DNA of 54,608 nt, from NCBI GenBank assembly GCA_039683575.1, contig JBDKRC010000110.1, forward strand, positions 1 to 54,608, read 5' to 3'. The notes below the pieces were generated by a model. The model was not told the DNA's origin, did not search any database, and worked only from the letters and a program-made list of their open reading frames with translations. The stretch is from Armatimonadia bacterium (GTDB lineage: Bacteria; Armatimonadota; Zipacnadia; Zipacnadales; UBA11051). Shown here in pieces: positions 28,217 through 37,503 of this stretch. The stretch's first letter is position 1; the number at the start of each line of letters is the position of its first letter. Both the position numbers and the translations under genes were made by a program.

Positions 28217-29002
28217 TTACAGTTCGAGCATGTCTCCATCATGGGCAACCATGTAGGGAAACGGCAGATACTTGTCGCAAAGGTCGCGCAAATCCTGCTC
28301 GCCGTCGCCATGCCAGGGGTCGTGAATGTGGTAAAGGGCCAACTGGCCCACCGGGCGCTGGCCGATGACCGGCAGGATGTCCTGGGGTTGGAAATGAGTC
28401 ATTTCCATGACGAGCAGGTCCAGTTGCTCCTCGGCGAGATGATCCATGGCGTGGCCCTTCATGGGCCCGCAGATGTCGCCGCTGAAGGCCAGGCGCTTGC
28501 CCTCGGCCTCGACCAGGTAGGAGAAGGCCTGCTTGCCATTGGGCTCCGGCCCGAGGCGCACGCCGTCGAAGGAGCCAGCGAGGTGGGCGCTGACGGCGGC
28601 TGTCACGCCTATGTTGTCATCCTTATATACCGGACCGGGACGAACGGGCTGCAGTGGCGCTCGACGGGGATTTGCCTGCTGGCTGAGGTAGATGGCGCTG
28701 AGATAGGCCTCCGTGGCTGCCACGCCCTCCTCGGGCAAGTAACACGTTAGCTGCCCCGGCGGCCCCACCTTCCGCGACATGTTGATAAGCTCCGACAGTC
28801 CGCCGACGTGGTCCGCGTGCATGTGGGTCACAAACAGCGCCCGCAGCCGTTCGAAGCCGATGCCACTGCGTACCAGGGTACCGGCGACGGGCTCGCCGCA
28901 GTCAATGAGGTAGTCTGAGTCGCCGACCGACAGGAGAGTTGAGCTGTTGTAGCGCTCGTAGGTGTGATTGCCGTGACTGGTGCCGAGAAAGGTGATTCGC
29001 AT
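28217..29002 (-). CDS. Metallo-beta-lactamase-fold hydrolase, RNase Z-like
   Basis: MRITFLGT, LIDCGE, THMHADHVGG, FSGD, EMTH, YHI. Confidence 0.85.
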   Translation of the reverse strand: MRITFLGTSHGNHTYERYNSSTLLSVGDSDYLIDCGEPVAGTLVRSGIGFERLRALFVTHMHADHVGGLSELINMSRKVGPPGQLTCYLPEEGVAATEAYLSAIYLSQQANPRRAPLQPVRPGPVYKDDNIGVTAAVSAHLAGSFDGVRLGPEPNGKQAFSYLVEAEGKRLAFSGDICGPMKGHAMDHLAEEQLDLLVMEMTHFQPQDILPVIGQRPVGQLALYHIHDPWHGDGEQDLRDLCDKYLPFPYMVAHDGDMLEL

Positions 29003-29019
29003 CTGTGTTCCGTTTCCAT

Positions 29020-29097
29020 GTTCCGGCATGCGGAGCATGCCTCACGCATTGAGGGAGGTTCCGGCATGCGGAGCATGCCTACCACGCGTTGAGAGAG
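29020..29097. repeat. Tandem pair of family-B REPs
   Basis: GTTCCGGCATGC-GGA-GCATGCCT(AC)CACGC repeated directly at 29020 and 29058. Confidence 0.9.
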
Positions 29098-29191
29098 GAC
29101 TTTTCGCCGCGGGTTGGCGGTCAACCTTGGAAAGGACCTTCGTCGCGGCAGGGAGAATGGCATTGGTACCCTATCTGTAGAGGACGCGTCC

Positions 29192-32155
29192 ATGAAAGCT
29201 CTCTCTTTGCTTGCACTTCTGCTGGGCCTGCATGCGCAGGTGCAGGAGCCTGTGCGGGTTATCCCGCTCAAGCCAGACCCGCCGATTGCCGTTGACGGCA
29301 ATCTCGAGGAATGGGCCACTGTTCCCGGCGTGATCGAGGTCCGAGGCAAGGAGCATGCCACGCACAACGACAGCACCTGGCGCGGGCCGGAGGATCTGGG
29401 CGCTTCGGTGCGGCTGGCGTGGCGCAATGAGGGGCTGTTCCTGGCCTGCGACATCACCGACGACCTAGTTTTGCAGATGCAGCGAGATGAGAAGCTGTTT
29501 CAGGGCGATCATGTAGAATGGTTTATTGACGTGACCCCGGATGTGGAGCCCACGCGCAGCAGCTTCGGCCAGGGGCAGTTCCAATTCGCTTTCAGCCCCG
29601 GCAACTTCAAGACCACTGGCGACCCGCTGGTGGACATCAAGCCCGAGATGTACTGCTACAAGCCCAAGGGCATGGCGATGACCGGCGTGAAGTATGCGGC
29701 GCTGAAGACAGCCACGGGCTGGGTGATGGAGGCCATGGTGCCGTTCGCGCTGCTTGGCGTGACGCCTGCAGCCAACCTGCCCATAGGGTGCGAGGTCGCG
29801 ATCTCGGATTGCGACTCCACCGAACCCGCGCAGGAGACCTACATGACCGTCAGCACCAGGCCGTGGGTGTATAGCCGCCTGCGGGTGCCGCTGATGGTGC
29901 TGGGTGACGTGGCGGGCAAGGGCACGCCGCCAGCGTCCAGTATTCCGCTCAAGGCCGAATTCACGATCCCTCCGTCGAAGTCGGACGAGGTCACCTTCCC
30001 CACGCCGGAAGTACCGCAGGGCAAGGAAGCCCACCTGTTTCTCAAGGCGCGCATTACCGCTCCGAAGCCGTCCGGCTATACCCGTGGGCTGTCGCTGACG
30101 CTCAACGGCGTGTCGCTGACCCCCGACCGGGTGACCAACCGCCCGATCAAGGGGACCATGCGCAGCGGGTCGGTGATGAACTATCTGACCCCCGAGGGCT
30201 TGATGTACGTTCCGTATGCCCCGGACTTCGTGTCCTATGACAAGGATCCGCACTATGGGCTGCAGGACAACATCAAGATCCACGAGTGGGAGTTCCGCGT
30301 GGGCGATCTGCTGAAGCCGGAGGGCAACACGCTGAAACTGCAGAGCCTGACCGACGCCGACAGCACGCGGACGGTAGTGGTGGCGGACCTGCAACTGCGT
30401 CTCGCGGCTCCGCCGCCGCCGCCGACCCCCAAGCGCCCGGCCCCGACGGGTCCGCTGGCCGCAATCGAACCAGAGGCCAAGCCGGAATGCCCGATGGGCA
30501 AGCTAACCATCAGGAACAACTCGCAACTCAGCTTCCCCGTCAATGGCGAGACATTCACGGTCGAGAGCCGCTTTTCGATGCCCGACGGGACGTGGCTGAC
30601 CGAGACGGGCGGGAACGCCTTTTGCGACTACAGCCGCAAGACTGAGGTCATGAACGGCTATTACCGGATCACCGACCAGTTCATCAACAAGACCAAAGAG
30701 CCGCTGCCCATCATGCAGCGGCATACCTGCAACCTCGCCGGGAGGGCGAAGCAGGTCTGGTGTGCGGGTGTTTCGCCCTCGTCGGGCAACACCACCATGA
30801 CTGAGCCGGCCAATCCGACCAGCTATGCGGTGACCGAGAAGGCCGGGATCGGGCTCATGGCGATGAGCGACGAGATGCAGGTCCATGTCATGAACTCGGC
30901 GCTGGATGGCGTCCTGGGGCTCGCAGACAACAACTGTGTCATCAAGCCCGGCGCGACCTATAGGGCTGAGTGGGTCATCGTCCCCACCCAGCGGCCGGAC
31001 TTCTGGGACTTCGTGAACGCCTGCCGCCGCATTCGGGACGTGAACTTCACCCTGACGCAGATGTTCGCGTTCCTCTCGGCCAAGCCCGATGTCGAGCAGT
31101 GGAGCGATGAGAAGCTGACGGAGTTCATCCGCAACAAGAGCGCGAATGTAGTCTGCGCGAGCATTGATTATCCGCGCTATGAGGGTCACTACGCCCACGG
31201 CACGGCGTTTCAGAGGGTTGACCACAGCAACTACGCCCGACACAACGACCGGGTGCGGCGACTGTGCCCGGAGGTAAAGACCCAGGTCTATTTCCACTGT
31301 TTCCTTAACGTCGAGAAGGGTGCCGACACCAAGTATGCCGACGCCCGCACGCTGCTGTCCAACGGCCAGCAGGCCAACTATGGCGAGGACTACTACAAGA
31401 TCTTCTTCCCGACCCTGACCAACCAGTATGGCAAGGACACTGCCGTCAACATCGATCAGATCTTCGGAGACTGCAAGGCCGACGGCGTGTACTGGGACGA
31501 GGTGGCCTACAGCGCGTACAAGTACCACTACGGCGAGCCATGGGATGGGATCAGCGGCGACATTGACGCGCAAACCGGCAAACTCCTGCGCCTGAAGAGC
31601 TCGGTGACGTTGCTGAGCCAGCCGTGGATCGTATCGCAGATGAAGCGGATCATGGCTAAGGGCCCGCTGATGACCAATGGCGCCCCGCACACGCGCACGA
31701 TGGGCGCTCTGCACTACCAGACCTTCGTGGAAACGGCCGCCATCAGCAACTGCCTGCGCGCGATCCTGTATAGCCCCGTCGCGCTCGGCGACCACATCAG
31801 CGAGCGCAAGGAGATTGACGCGTACCGCTGGATGACGGACGCGCTCAACTACGGATGCCTCTATAGCTGGTATGGCTCGAATGTGTGGCCAGAGTACAAG
31901 ACGCTGACACAGTACATGTTCCCGACGACGCCGATTGAGCTTCACGAGGGCTACATCATCGGCAAAGAACGCATTGTCACCAACCGCAGCGGGCTGTTCG
32001 GATGGGGAGACAAGTCCGGGCACGAGGTGCACGTCTTCAACGACGAGGGCCGCGAGGTCATGGATTACGCTGGTCCTACCAAGACCATCAATGGCAAAAC
32101 TTACAGCGAACTGCGTCTCGCCGAAGGCTGGACGGCGGCTATTGTGCGCAAATAG
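29192..32155 (+). CDS. Secreted protein: CBM9-like sugar-binding domain plus putative glycoside-hydrolase TIM barrel
   Basis: IAVDGNLEEW..LAW..LFLAC.ITDD..GDHVE (CBM9-like); DGVYWDE catalytic-like motif; start at ATG 29192. Confidence 0.7.
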   Translation: MKALSLLALLLGLHAQVQEPVRVIPLKPDPPIAVDGNLEEWATVPGVIEVRGKEHATHNDSTWRGPEDLGASVRLAWRNEGLFLACDITDDLVLQMQRDEKLFQGDHVEWFIDVTPDVEPTRSSFGQGQFQFAFSPGNFKTTGDPLVDIKPEMYCYKPKGMAMTGVKYAALKTATGWVMEAMVPFALLGVTPAANLPIGCEVAISDCDSTEPAQETYMTVSTRPWVYSRLRVPLMVLGDVAGKGTPPASSIPLKAEFTIPPSKSDEVTFPTPEVPQGKEAHLFLKARITAPKPSGYTRGLSLTLNGVSLTPDRVTNRPIKGTMRSGSVMNYLTPEGLMYVPYAPDFVSYDKDPHYGLQDNIKIHEWEFRVGDLLKPEGNTLKLQSLTDADSTRTVVVADLQLRLAAPPPPPTPKRPAPTGPLAAIEPEAKPECPMGKLTIRNNSQLSFPVNGETFTVESRFSMPDGTWLTETGGNAFCDYSRKTEVMNGYYRITDQFINKTKEPLPIMQRHTCNLAGRAKQVWCAGVSPSSGNTTMTEPANPTSYAVTEKAGIGLMAMSDEMQVHVMNSALDGVLGLADNNCVIKPGATYRAEWVIVPTQRPDFWDFVNACRRIRDVNFTLTQMFAFLSAKPDVEQWSDEKLTEFIRNKSANVVCASIDYPRYEGHYAHGTAFQRVDHSNYARHNDRVRRLCPEVKTQVYFHCFLNVEKGADTKYADARTLLSNGQQANYGEDYYKIFFPTLTNQYGKDTAVNIDQIFGDCKADGVYWDEVAYSAYKYHYGEPWDGISGDIDAQTGKLLRLKSSVTLLSQPWIVSQMKRIMAKGPLMTNGAPHTRTMGALHYQTFVETAAISNCLRAILYSPVALGDHISERKEIDAYRWMTDALNYGCLYSWYGSNVWPEYKTLTQYMFPTTPIELHEGYIIGKERIVTNRSGLFGWGDKSGHEVHVFNDEGREVMDYAGPTKTINGKTYSELRLAEGWTAAIVRK

Positions 32156-32176
32156 GATCACCTGAGGTCTGCAACA

Positions 32177-33322
32177 ATGGAACTGCGGTTTGGCGTCATT
32201 GGCACAGGTTACATGGGCAAGCTGGAGGCCCGGCTGGCACAGCAGGTGCCGGGGTGTTCGCTGGTCGGCGTCTGGAACCGAACGGCGGCGGTTGCGGGGG
32301 AGTTGGCCCGGGAACTCGGGTGCGAGCACTTTGAGAGCGTCGAGGGGCTGCTGGCGAGCCCTGAGGTGAACGCGGTGGTCGTGGCCACAGCGAACCATGC
32401 GCATCTGGAGCCGGTAGTGGCGGCGGCCCGGGCGGGGAAGCATATCTTCCTCGAGAAGCCGATGGCGCTGACAGCGGCGGAGTGCCGGACGATGATGGAG
32501 GCGGCGCGGCAGGCGGGGGTGACGCTATTCACGGCGCATCCGCAGCGGTTCATGGACGGGGTTCGCGTGGCGCGGGCGGCACTGCGGGCCGGGGAGATCG
32601 GCAAGCCGGTGGCGCTGCGGGTCGAGCGGTATTTCTGGATTGAGCCGCAGGTCCCGAGCGGGCGAGACGCCCGCACTACGCGTGGGGAGGCGAATGGAGT
32701 AAGTTGGAAGCGCGTGAAGGAGCTGTCCGGCGGGCACCTGTTCCACCACATCCACGAGCTGTGTACGGCGCGGTACTTGCTGGGCGACTATGAGACGGTC
32801 TATGCGCAGATGGGCAACCTCGCCCATACCGACGAGGGGCCGGAGGCGGAGGAGGATGTGGTGCAGGTGGCTACGCGGTTTCAGTCGGGGGTGCTGGGGA
32901 CGTTTGAGTTCGGGTCGGCCTACCGGCGGCGGCAGCACTATTTCCGTATTCACGGGACCGAGGGCACCATCATCATCAACCTGCAGGGCGGGACGCTGAC
33001 CATCAGCGGCCGCTCAGGCGAGATCATGCGGCCCATCTATGACGATCCGGAGGAGCAGCGCTCGTCTGATGACGCGTACTCCCAGATGGGCAAGGGAAGG
33101 GTGCATGGCAGCCCGCTGGAAGAGGTGCCGCTGTTTTTGCGGGAGTTGGTGGCCGATGAGTTCCGGGCCATGGCGGCGCAGGTGAACGGCAGCTTCGATG
33201 ACCCCGGCAATGAGGACCTGTTTGGCGGGGAGGCGGGGCTGCGGAGCGTGGAGGCGGCTCAGGGGGCGAGGCTGTCGCAGGAGCGCCAGGAGGTAGTGAA
33301 ATTGCCGTTGGGAGCCGTTTGA
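32177..33322 (+). CDS. Gfo/Idh/MocA oxidoreductase, YjhC/NanY-like
   Basis: GVIGTGYMG, GKHIFLEKPMA, VSWK..SGGHLFHHIHEL, resembling E. coli YjhC as I recall it. Confidence 0.85.
   Translation: MELRFGVIGTGYMGKLEARLAQQVPGCSLVGVWNRTAAVAGELARELGCEHFESVEGLLASPEVNAVVVATANHAHLEPVVAAARAGKHIFLEKPMALTAAECRTMMEAARQAGVTLFTAHPQRFMDGVRVARAALRAGEIGKPVALRVERYFWIEPQVPSGRDARTTRGEANGVSWKRVKELSGGHLFHHIHELCTARYLLGDYETVYAQMGNLAHTDEGPEAEEDVVQVATRFQSGVLGTFEFGSAYRRRQHYFRIHGTEGTIIINLQGGTLTISGRSGEIMRPIYDDPEEQRSSDDAYSQMGKGRVHGSPLEEVPLFLRELVADEFRAMAAQVNGSFDDPGNEDLFGGEAGLRSVEAAQGARLSQERQEVVKLPLGAV
32658..32679 (-). repeat. GTAG-type REP inside a coding sequence
   Basis: GCGGGCG-AGA-CGCCCGC-ACTAC, a perfect 7-bp stem preceded by GTAG on the minus strand. 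Confidence 0.75.
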
Positions 33323-33330
33323 GGTATAAT
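33302..33330 (+). promoter_or_regulatory. Sigma70-like promoter upstream of secA
   Basis: TTGCCG-N17-TATAAT; a second TATAAT lies at 33383-33388. Confidence 0.6.
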
Positions 33331-33510
33331 ATGGCGTGACGTACCCGGGGGCACAAACCTTTCCCTGCCCAAATGTGTTGTATATAATGGAATGGTGGAG
33401 TGGATGAGGGGCCACTGCCTTAGGTCATCGGCCTCAGGGCGGTGGGCCTGTTTTGTGCCGTGTGGGGGTCTGGCCTCCCGGCGGTGGCGCTTTGATTTGA
33501 GAGGATTTAT

Positions 33511-36500
33511 ATGGCTTTTGCTCTGGATTCAATTACAAAGGCGTTCGACCCTAACGAGCGCGAGATAGCCCGCCTGCGGCGGCGCGCGCAGGAGGTGAAT
33601 GCCTTCGAGCCGCAGATGCAGGCGCTTAGCGATGAGGAGCTTGGGGGCAAGACCCTTGAGTTCCGGCAGCGCCTCGCCAAGGGCGAGACACTCGACGATC
33701 TGTTGCCGGAGGCTTTTGCCGTCATGCGGGAGGCCTCGCGACGCGTGCTGGGAGAGCGGCACTATGACGTGCAGCTCATCGGCGGCATGATCCTGCATGA
33801 GGGCAAGATTGCCGAGATGAAGACCGGTGAGGGCAAGACGCTGACCGCGACCTTGCCGATGTACCTCAACGCGATCAGCGGCAAGGGCGTCCACCTGGTC
33901 ACCACCAACGACTTCCTGGTACGCTGGCAGGCCCAGTGGATGGGACAGGTCTTTGAGCTTCTCGGGATGACTGTTGGCTACATCCAGCACAACATGGCCG
34001 ACAACGAGCGTCGGGCCATGTATCAGCGGGACATCACCTACGTCGAGAACAGCGAACTGGGCTTTGATTACCTGCGGGATAACATGACAGTCAATCCCGC
34101 CTCACTAAGGCTGCGGGAGCTTAACTTCGCCATCATTGACGAGGCGGACAGCATTCTAATCGATGAGGCGCGCACGCCACTGATTATCTCGGGCGAGACT
34201 GAGCAGGAATCGCAGAACTACCGTCGCGCTGACGACATCGCCCGCAAGGTGCTGCGGGCCAGCGGCGACGAGGACCCCCTGTATACCTGGGACAAGAAGG
34301 ATCATCAGGCTGCGCTTACCGAGGCCGGCCAGAACTTCGTGGAAAAGGAGCTGCACCTCGAGGGCTCGCTGGTAGACCCTGAGAACATCGAGATCGGCCA
34401 GCTCATGGACAATGCGCTCAAGGCGCACAAGCTGTACGAGAAAGACGTGCAGTATATCGTCCAGAATGGCGAAGTCGTGATCGTTGACGAGTTCACGGGG
34501 CACTTGCAGCCGGGCCGTCGCTATGCGGATGGGCTGCACCAGGCCATCGAGGCCAAGGAGCGCGTCTACGCGCCCCGCGTGCGGCAGACCGTGGCGACCA
34601 TCACCTACCAGAACTTCTTCCGGCTGTACAACAAGCTCGCTGGCATGACCGGTACGGCGAAGTCGGAAGAGACAGAGTTCACGAAGATCTACGGCTGCCG
34701 CGTAGTCATTTGCCCGACCAACCGGCCCGTAGTGCGCAAGGACCACCCGGATTCGGTCTTCAAGACCGAGGAAGCCAAGTACCGCGGCATCATCAACGAG
34801 ATCATCTCCTGCCACGTACGCGAGCAGCCGGTGCTGGTGGGTACGCGGTCGGTCGATGTCTCCGAGCATCTGGCCAGCCGCTTGCAGCAGAACTGGCTGC
34901 AGGCGCACACCCTCGTCCAGATACTCCTGGGCCGTGTCCATGCCGCTGGCAAGGAGCTGTCCAAGGACGACAAAGAGGCCTACCTCGCGGCTTTGCGGCA
35001 GCCCATGGAGAAGCTGGTGGAGCAGGCGCGGTATCTCAAGCGGCGCAGCACCGGCGAGGCGGCAGTCAAGAGAGGCAAGCGCCGCCGCGGCGAAGAGGAG
35101 CAGCAGATTGACGTCACTCTGGGCGATCTCGTGGCGCGTTTTGAGGTTCCCGAGGACTTCACAGACCCGGCGAACCTCGATTACCTGCTGGAGATGCTCG
35201 GGGTGGTGAATGACAAGACTTCGCCGGAGTTGGTGGAGCGATACCGCGAGCGGCTGGCGAACATGGTCGGCAACGGCATGAAGCCAGGCGATGAGGACCA
35301 CGAGAGCCAGCTCAACGTGCTTAACGCCAAGCGGCATGAGACTGAGGGCACGATCGTTGCCCGCGCCGGCGAGCCCGGCATGGTCACAATCGCCACCAAC
35401 ATGGCCGGTCGTGGTGTGGACATCATCCTGGGCGGCCGTAACCCTGAGAAGGGCACGAACATCTTCCCCGAGCGCTATGAGTATGTAAAGAGCCTCGGCG
35501 GGCTACATGTAATCGGCACCGAGCGCCATGAGAGCCGTCGCATTGACGATCAGCTTCGTGGCCGTTCAGGCCGTCAGGGCGATCCGGGCAGCACCAGGTT
35601 CTACGTGTCGCTGCAGGACGAACTGATGCAGCTCTTCGGCCCCGAGCGGTTCGGAATGATGATGAACTCCTGGCCGGAGGAAGAGTCAATCGAGGCGAAG
35701 CTGGTCTCGCGGGCCATCGAGCGCGCGCAGGAGAAGGTGGAGCTTCGCAACTTCGGCTACCGCAAGCATACGCTGGAATATGACGACGTCATGAACCAGC
35801 AGCGCACGGTTATCTACTCGCAGCGGCGGCGCGTGCTCAATGGTGAGAACGTGCAGCAGGTCATCTTGCGGATGATCGACGATACCGCCGAGCGGTATCT
35901 CGACCAGCGCGCGAACCCCATTCGGCCGCATGACGAGTGGCAGCGGGAAGAACTGTACGGCGACCTGGTGCGCATCTTCTCGACGCCGCCGGAGGATGAG
36001 GGCAAGAAGCGACAGAAGCGCAGGGGTGGCAGCGGGATAGCGGTGGCGCTGGCGCAGCGTGACCTGGAGGTCATGGCCGAGCAGGGCGACGACATCGCGG
36101 ATTACCTGCGGCAGATGAGCGTGCCGCACGGGCAGCTGCGCCGGAACGTGGAGGCCGAAACCGCCAAGCAGATGCTCGATGAGGAAGTGCGCAAGGCCGT
36201 AGCCGAACTCATGGCTGAGTTTGCGCCGCAGGAACGCCCGCCGAGCGAGTGGCGGCTGGGTGACCTGGTGCGGGTGCTGGAAGAGCGGTATGAGGGCGTG
36301 GCGGACGACCTGGGGCGTGAGGGCCTGCTGGCCATCCCGCACGCGGACCTGCACGACGAAGTGCGCCGAGGGGTCCGCGAGGTCTACATCAACCGCGAGC
36401 GCGGACGAATTGACCTGGAGATCGAGAAGGCGGTCAGGCACTATCTGGTCGGCGGCGAGCAGAGCGATCTGGACCTCCTGCAGCTACTGGAGTACCTCGA

Positions 36501-37329
36501 CTACCACCTGCATGATGTCATCCAGCGGTTGGCGGTGGCAGTGCTCCGGGAGATACCGGAGACCGAGCTTGAGGACCTGTTGACCGGGCGCATCCTGGCG
36601 ATCACGAACCTCATGATCGAGCGGCAGGAGCGCGATAAGAAGAACAAGGACACCGAGCCGCTGGCGTTCCTCGAAGAGGGGAAGGTGCGGCCGGGCGTGG
36701 CCGACCTGCTCGCCACCTCGCTCAGTGGCGGCAAACTGGCGCACAGCGCGTTCCTCATGAGCCTGACCGAGGTCTGGGGCACGGCGCCGGTGGCGCTGGC
36801 GACGCAGTGGCTGCGGAACGTCATTGTCGCCGAGGCTACGCCCGAGAAGCCGGCGGCACTGGCCGTCAGCGAGGCGCTACGGAAGTTCATCCGCGTGGAA
36901 CCGGCCGAGGGCGAAAATCCGGTGGGCCTGCGCGAATTCCGTCGCCTGGAGCGGTACTGGCTGCTGTCCTCGGTGGACAAGGCCTGGATCCATCACCTGC
37001 TGAACATGGACGAGTTGCGCGACGGTATCCACCTGCGCGGTCACGCCCAGCGCGACCCGCTCGTCGAGTACCAGCGTGAAGCCAGTGACTTGTTTGACCA
37101 GCTAATGATGGTCATCTCCCAGCGGACAACGCAGAAGGCCTTCAGCGGCACTGAGGCGGCGGAGATGGATGCCTTCATGGTGCGTGGCATGCAGGCGCAG
37201 GCGGCCGAACTGCCAGAGGCCGGTGGCGGCCCGGTGCGGACAGTCAGCAATGGCGAGCCGAAGATCGGCCGCAATGACCCGTGTCCGTGCGGCAGCGGGA
37301 AGAAGTACAAGGCTTGTTGTATGAAGTAG
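33511..37329 (+). CDS. secA: Preprotein translocase ATPase SecA with large insertions
   Basis: EMKTGEGKT, DEADSILIDEARTPLIISG, ATNMAGRG, QLRGRSGRQGDPG, C-terminal GRNDPCPCGSGKKYKACC; GAGAGG RBS. Confidence 0.98.
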   Translation: MAFALDSITKAFDPNEREIARLRRRAQEVNAFEPQMQALSDEELGGKTLEFRQRLAKGETLDDLLPEAFAVMREASRRVLGERHYDVQLIGGMILHEGKIAEMKTGEGKTLTATLPMYLNAISGKGVHLVTTNDFLVRWQAQWMGQVFELLGMTVGYIQHNMADNERRAMYQRDITYVENSELGFDYLRDNMTVNPASLRLRELNFAIIDEADSILIDEARTPLIISGETEQESQNYRRADDIARKVLRASGDEDPLYTWDKKDHQAALTEAGQNFVEKELHLEGSLVDPENIEIGQLMDNALKAHKLYEKDVQYIVQNGEVVIVDEFTGHLQPGRRYADGLHQAIEAKERVYAPRVRQTVATITYQNFFRLYNKLAGMTGTAKSEETEFTKIYGCRVVICPTNRPVVRKDHPDSVFKTEEAKYRGIINEIISCHVREQPVLVGTRSVDVSEHLASRLQQNWLQAHTLVQILLGRVHAAGKELSKDDKEAYLAALRQPMEKLVEQARYLKRRSTGEAAVKRGKRRRGEEEQQIDVTLGDLVARFEVPEDFTDPANLDYLLEMLGVVNDKTSPELVERYRERLANMVGNGMKPGDEDHESQLNVLNAKRHETEGTIVARAGEPGMVTIATNMAGRGVDIILGGRNPEKGTNIFPERYEYVKSLGGLHVIGTERHESRRIDDQLRGRSGRQGDPGSTRFYVSLQDELMQLFGPERFGMMMNSWPEEESIEAKLVSRAIERAQEKVELRNFGYRKHTLEYDDVMNQQRTVIYSQRRRVLNGENVQQVILRMIDDTAERYLDQRANPIRPHDEWQREELYGDLVRIFSTPPEDEGKKRQKRRGGSGIAVALAQRDLEVMAEQGDDIADYLRQMSVPHGQLRRNVEAETAKQMLDEEVRKAVAELMAEFAPQERPPSEWRLGDLVRVLEERYEGVADDLGREGLLAIPHADLHDEVRRGVREVYINRERGRIDLEIEKAVRHYLVGGEQSDLDLLQLLEYLDYHLHDVIQRLAVAVLREIPETELEDLLTGRILAITNLMIERQERDKKNKDTEPLAFLEEGKVRPGVADLLATSLSGGKLAHSAFLMSLTEVWGTAPVALATQWLRNVIVAEATPEKPAALAVSEALRKFIRVEPAEGENPVGLREFRRLERYWLLSSVDKAWIHHLLNMDELRDGIHLRGHAQRDPLVEYQREASDLFDQLMMVISQRTTQKAFSGTEAAEMDAFMVRGMQAQAAELPEAGGGPVRTVSNGEPKIGRNDPCPCGSGKKYKACCMK

Positions 37330-37357
37330 ACAGGGAACAGAACAGTGCCAAAGTCCT

Positions 37358-37441
37358 TGTCATTCTGAGCGAAGCGAAGAATCTCTGGGCGGGGGCTTGG
37401 CGGGGGATTCTTCGTCGCAGACTACGCTCCTCAGAATGACA
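37358..37441. repeat. GTCATTCTGAG-type palindromic element between secA and prfB
   Basis: TGTCATTCTGAGCGAAGCGAAGAATCTC...GGATTCTTCG...CTCAGAATGACA terminal inverted repeats. Confidence 0.85.
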
Positions 37442-37503
37442 GCCTTGGCGGCGGAACCGTGAGACACGCAAGACATTTGATGGGGAAGGGACTCTAATCA
37501 GTC

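Noticed and set aside
30503..32443. 646-aa antisense ORF, and similar long antisense ORFs at 46983-48389, 34156-35337 and 788-1981
   Set aside because: Shadow frames of well-supported genes, expected from GC-rich codon bias; no recognisable motifs
34885..35310. Intein in SecA
   Set aside because: No N-terminal Cys/Ser block, no His-Asn followed by Cys/Ser/Thr, and no LAGLIDADG motif
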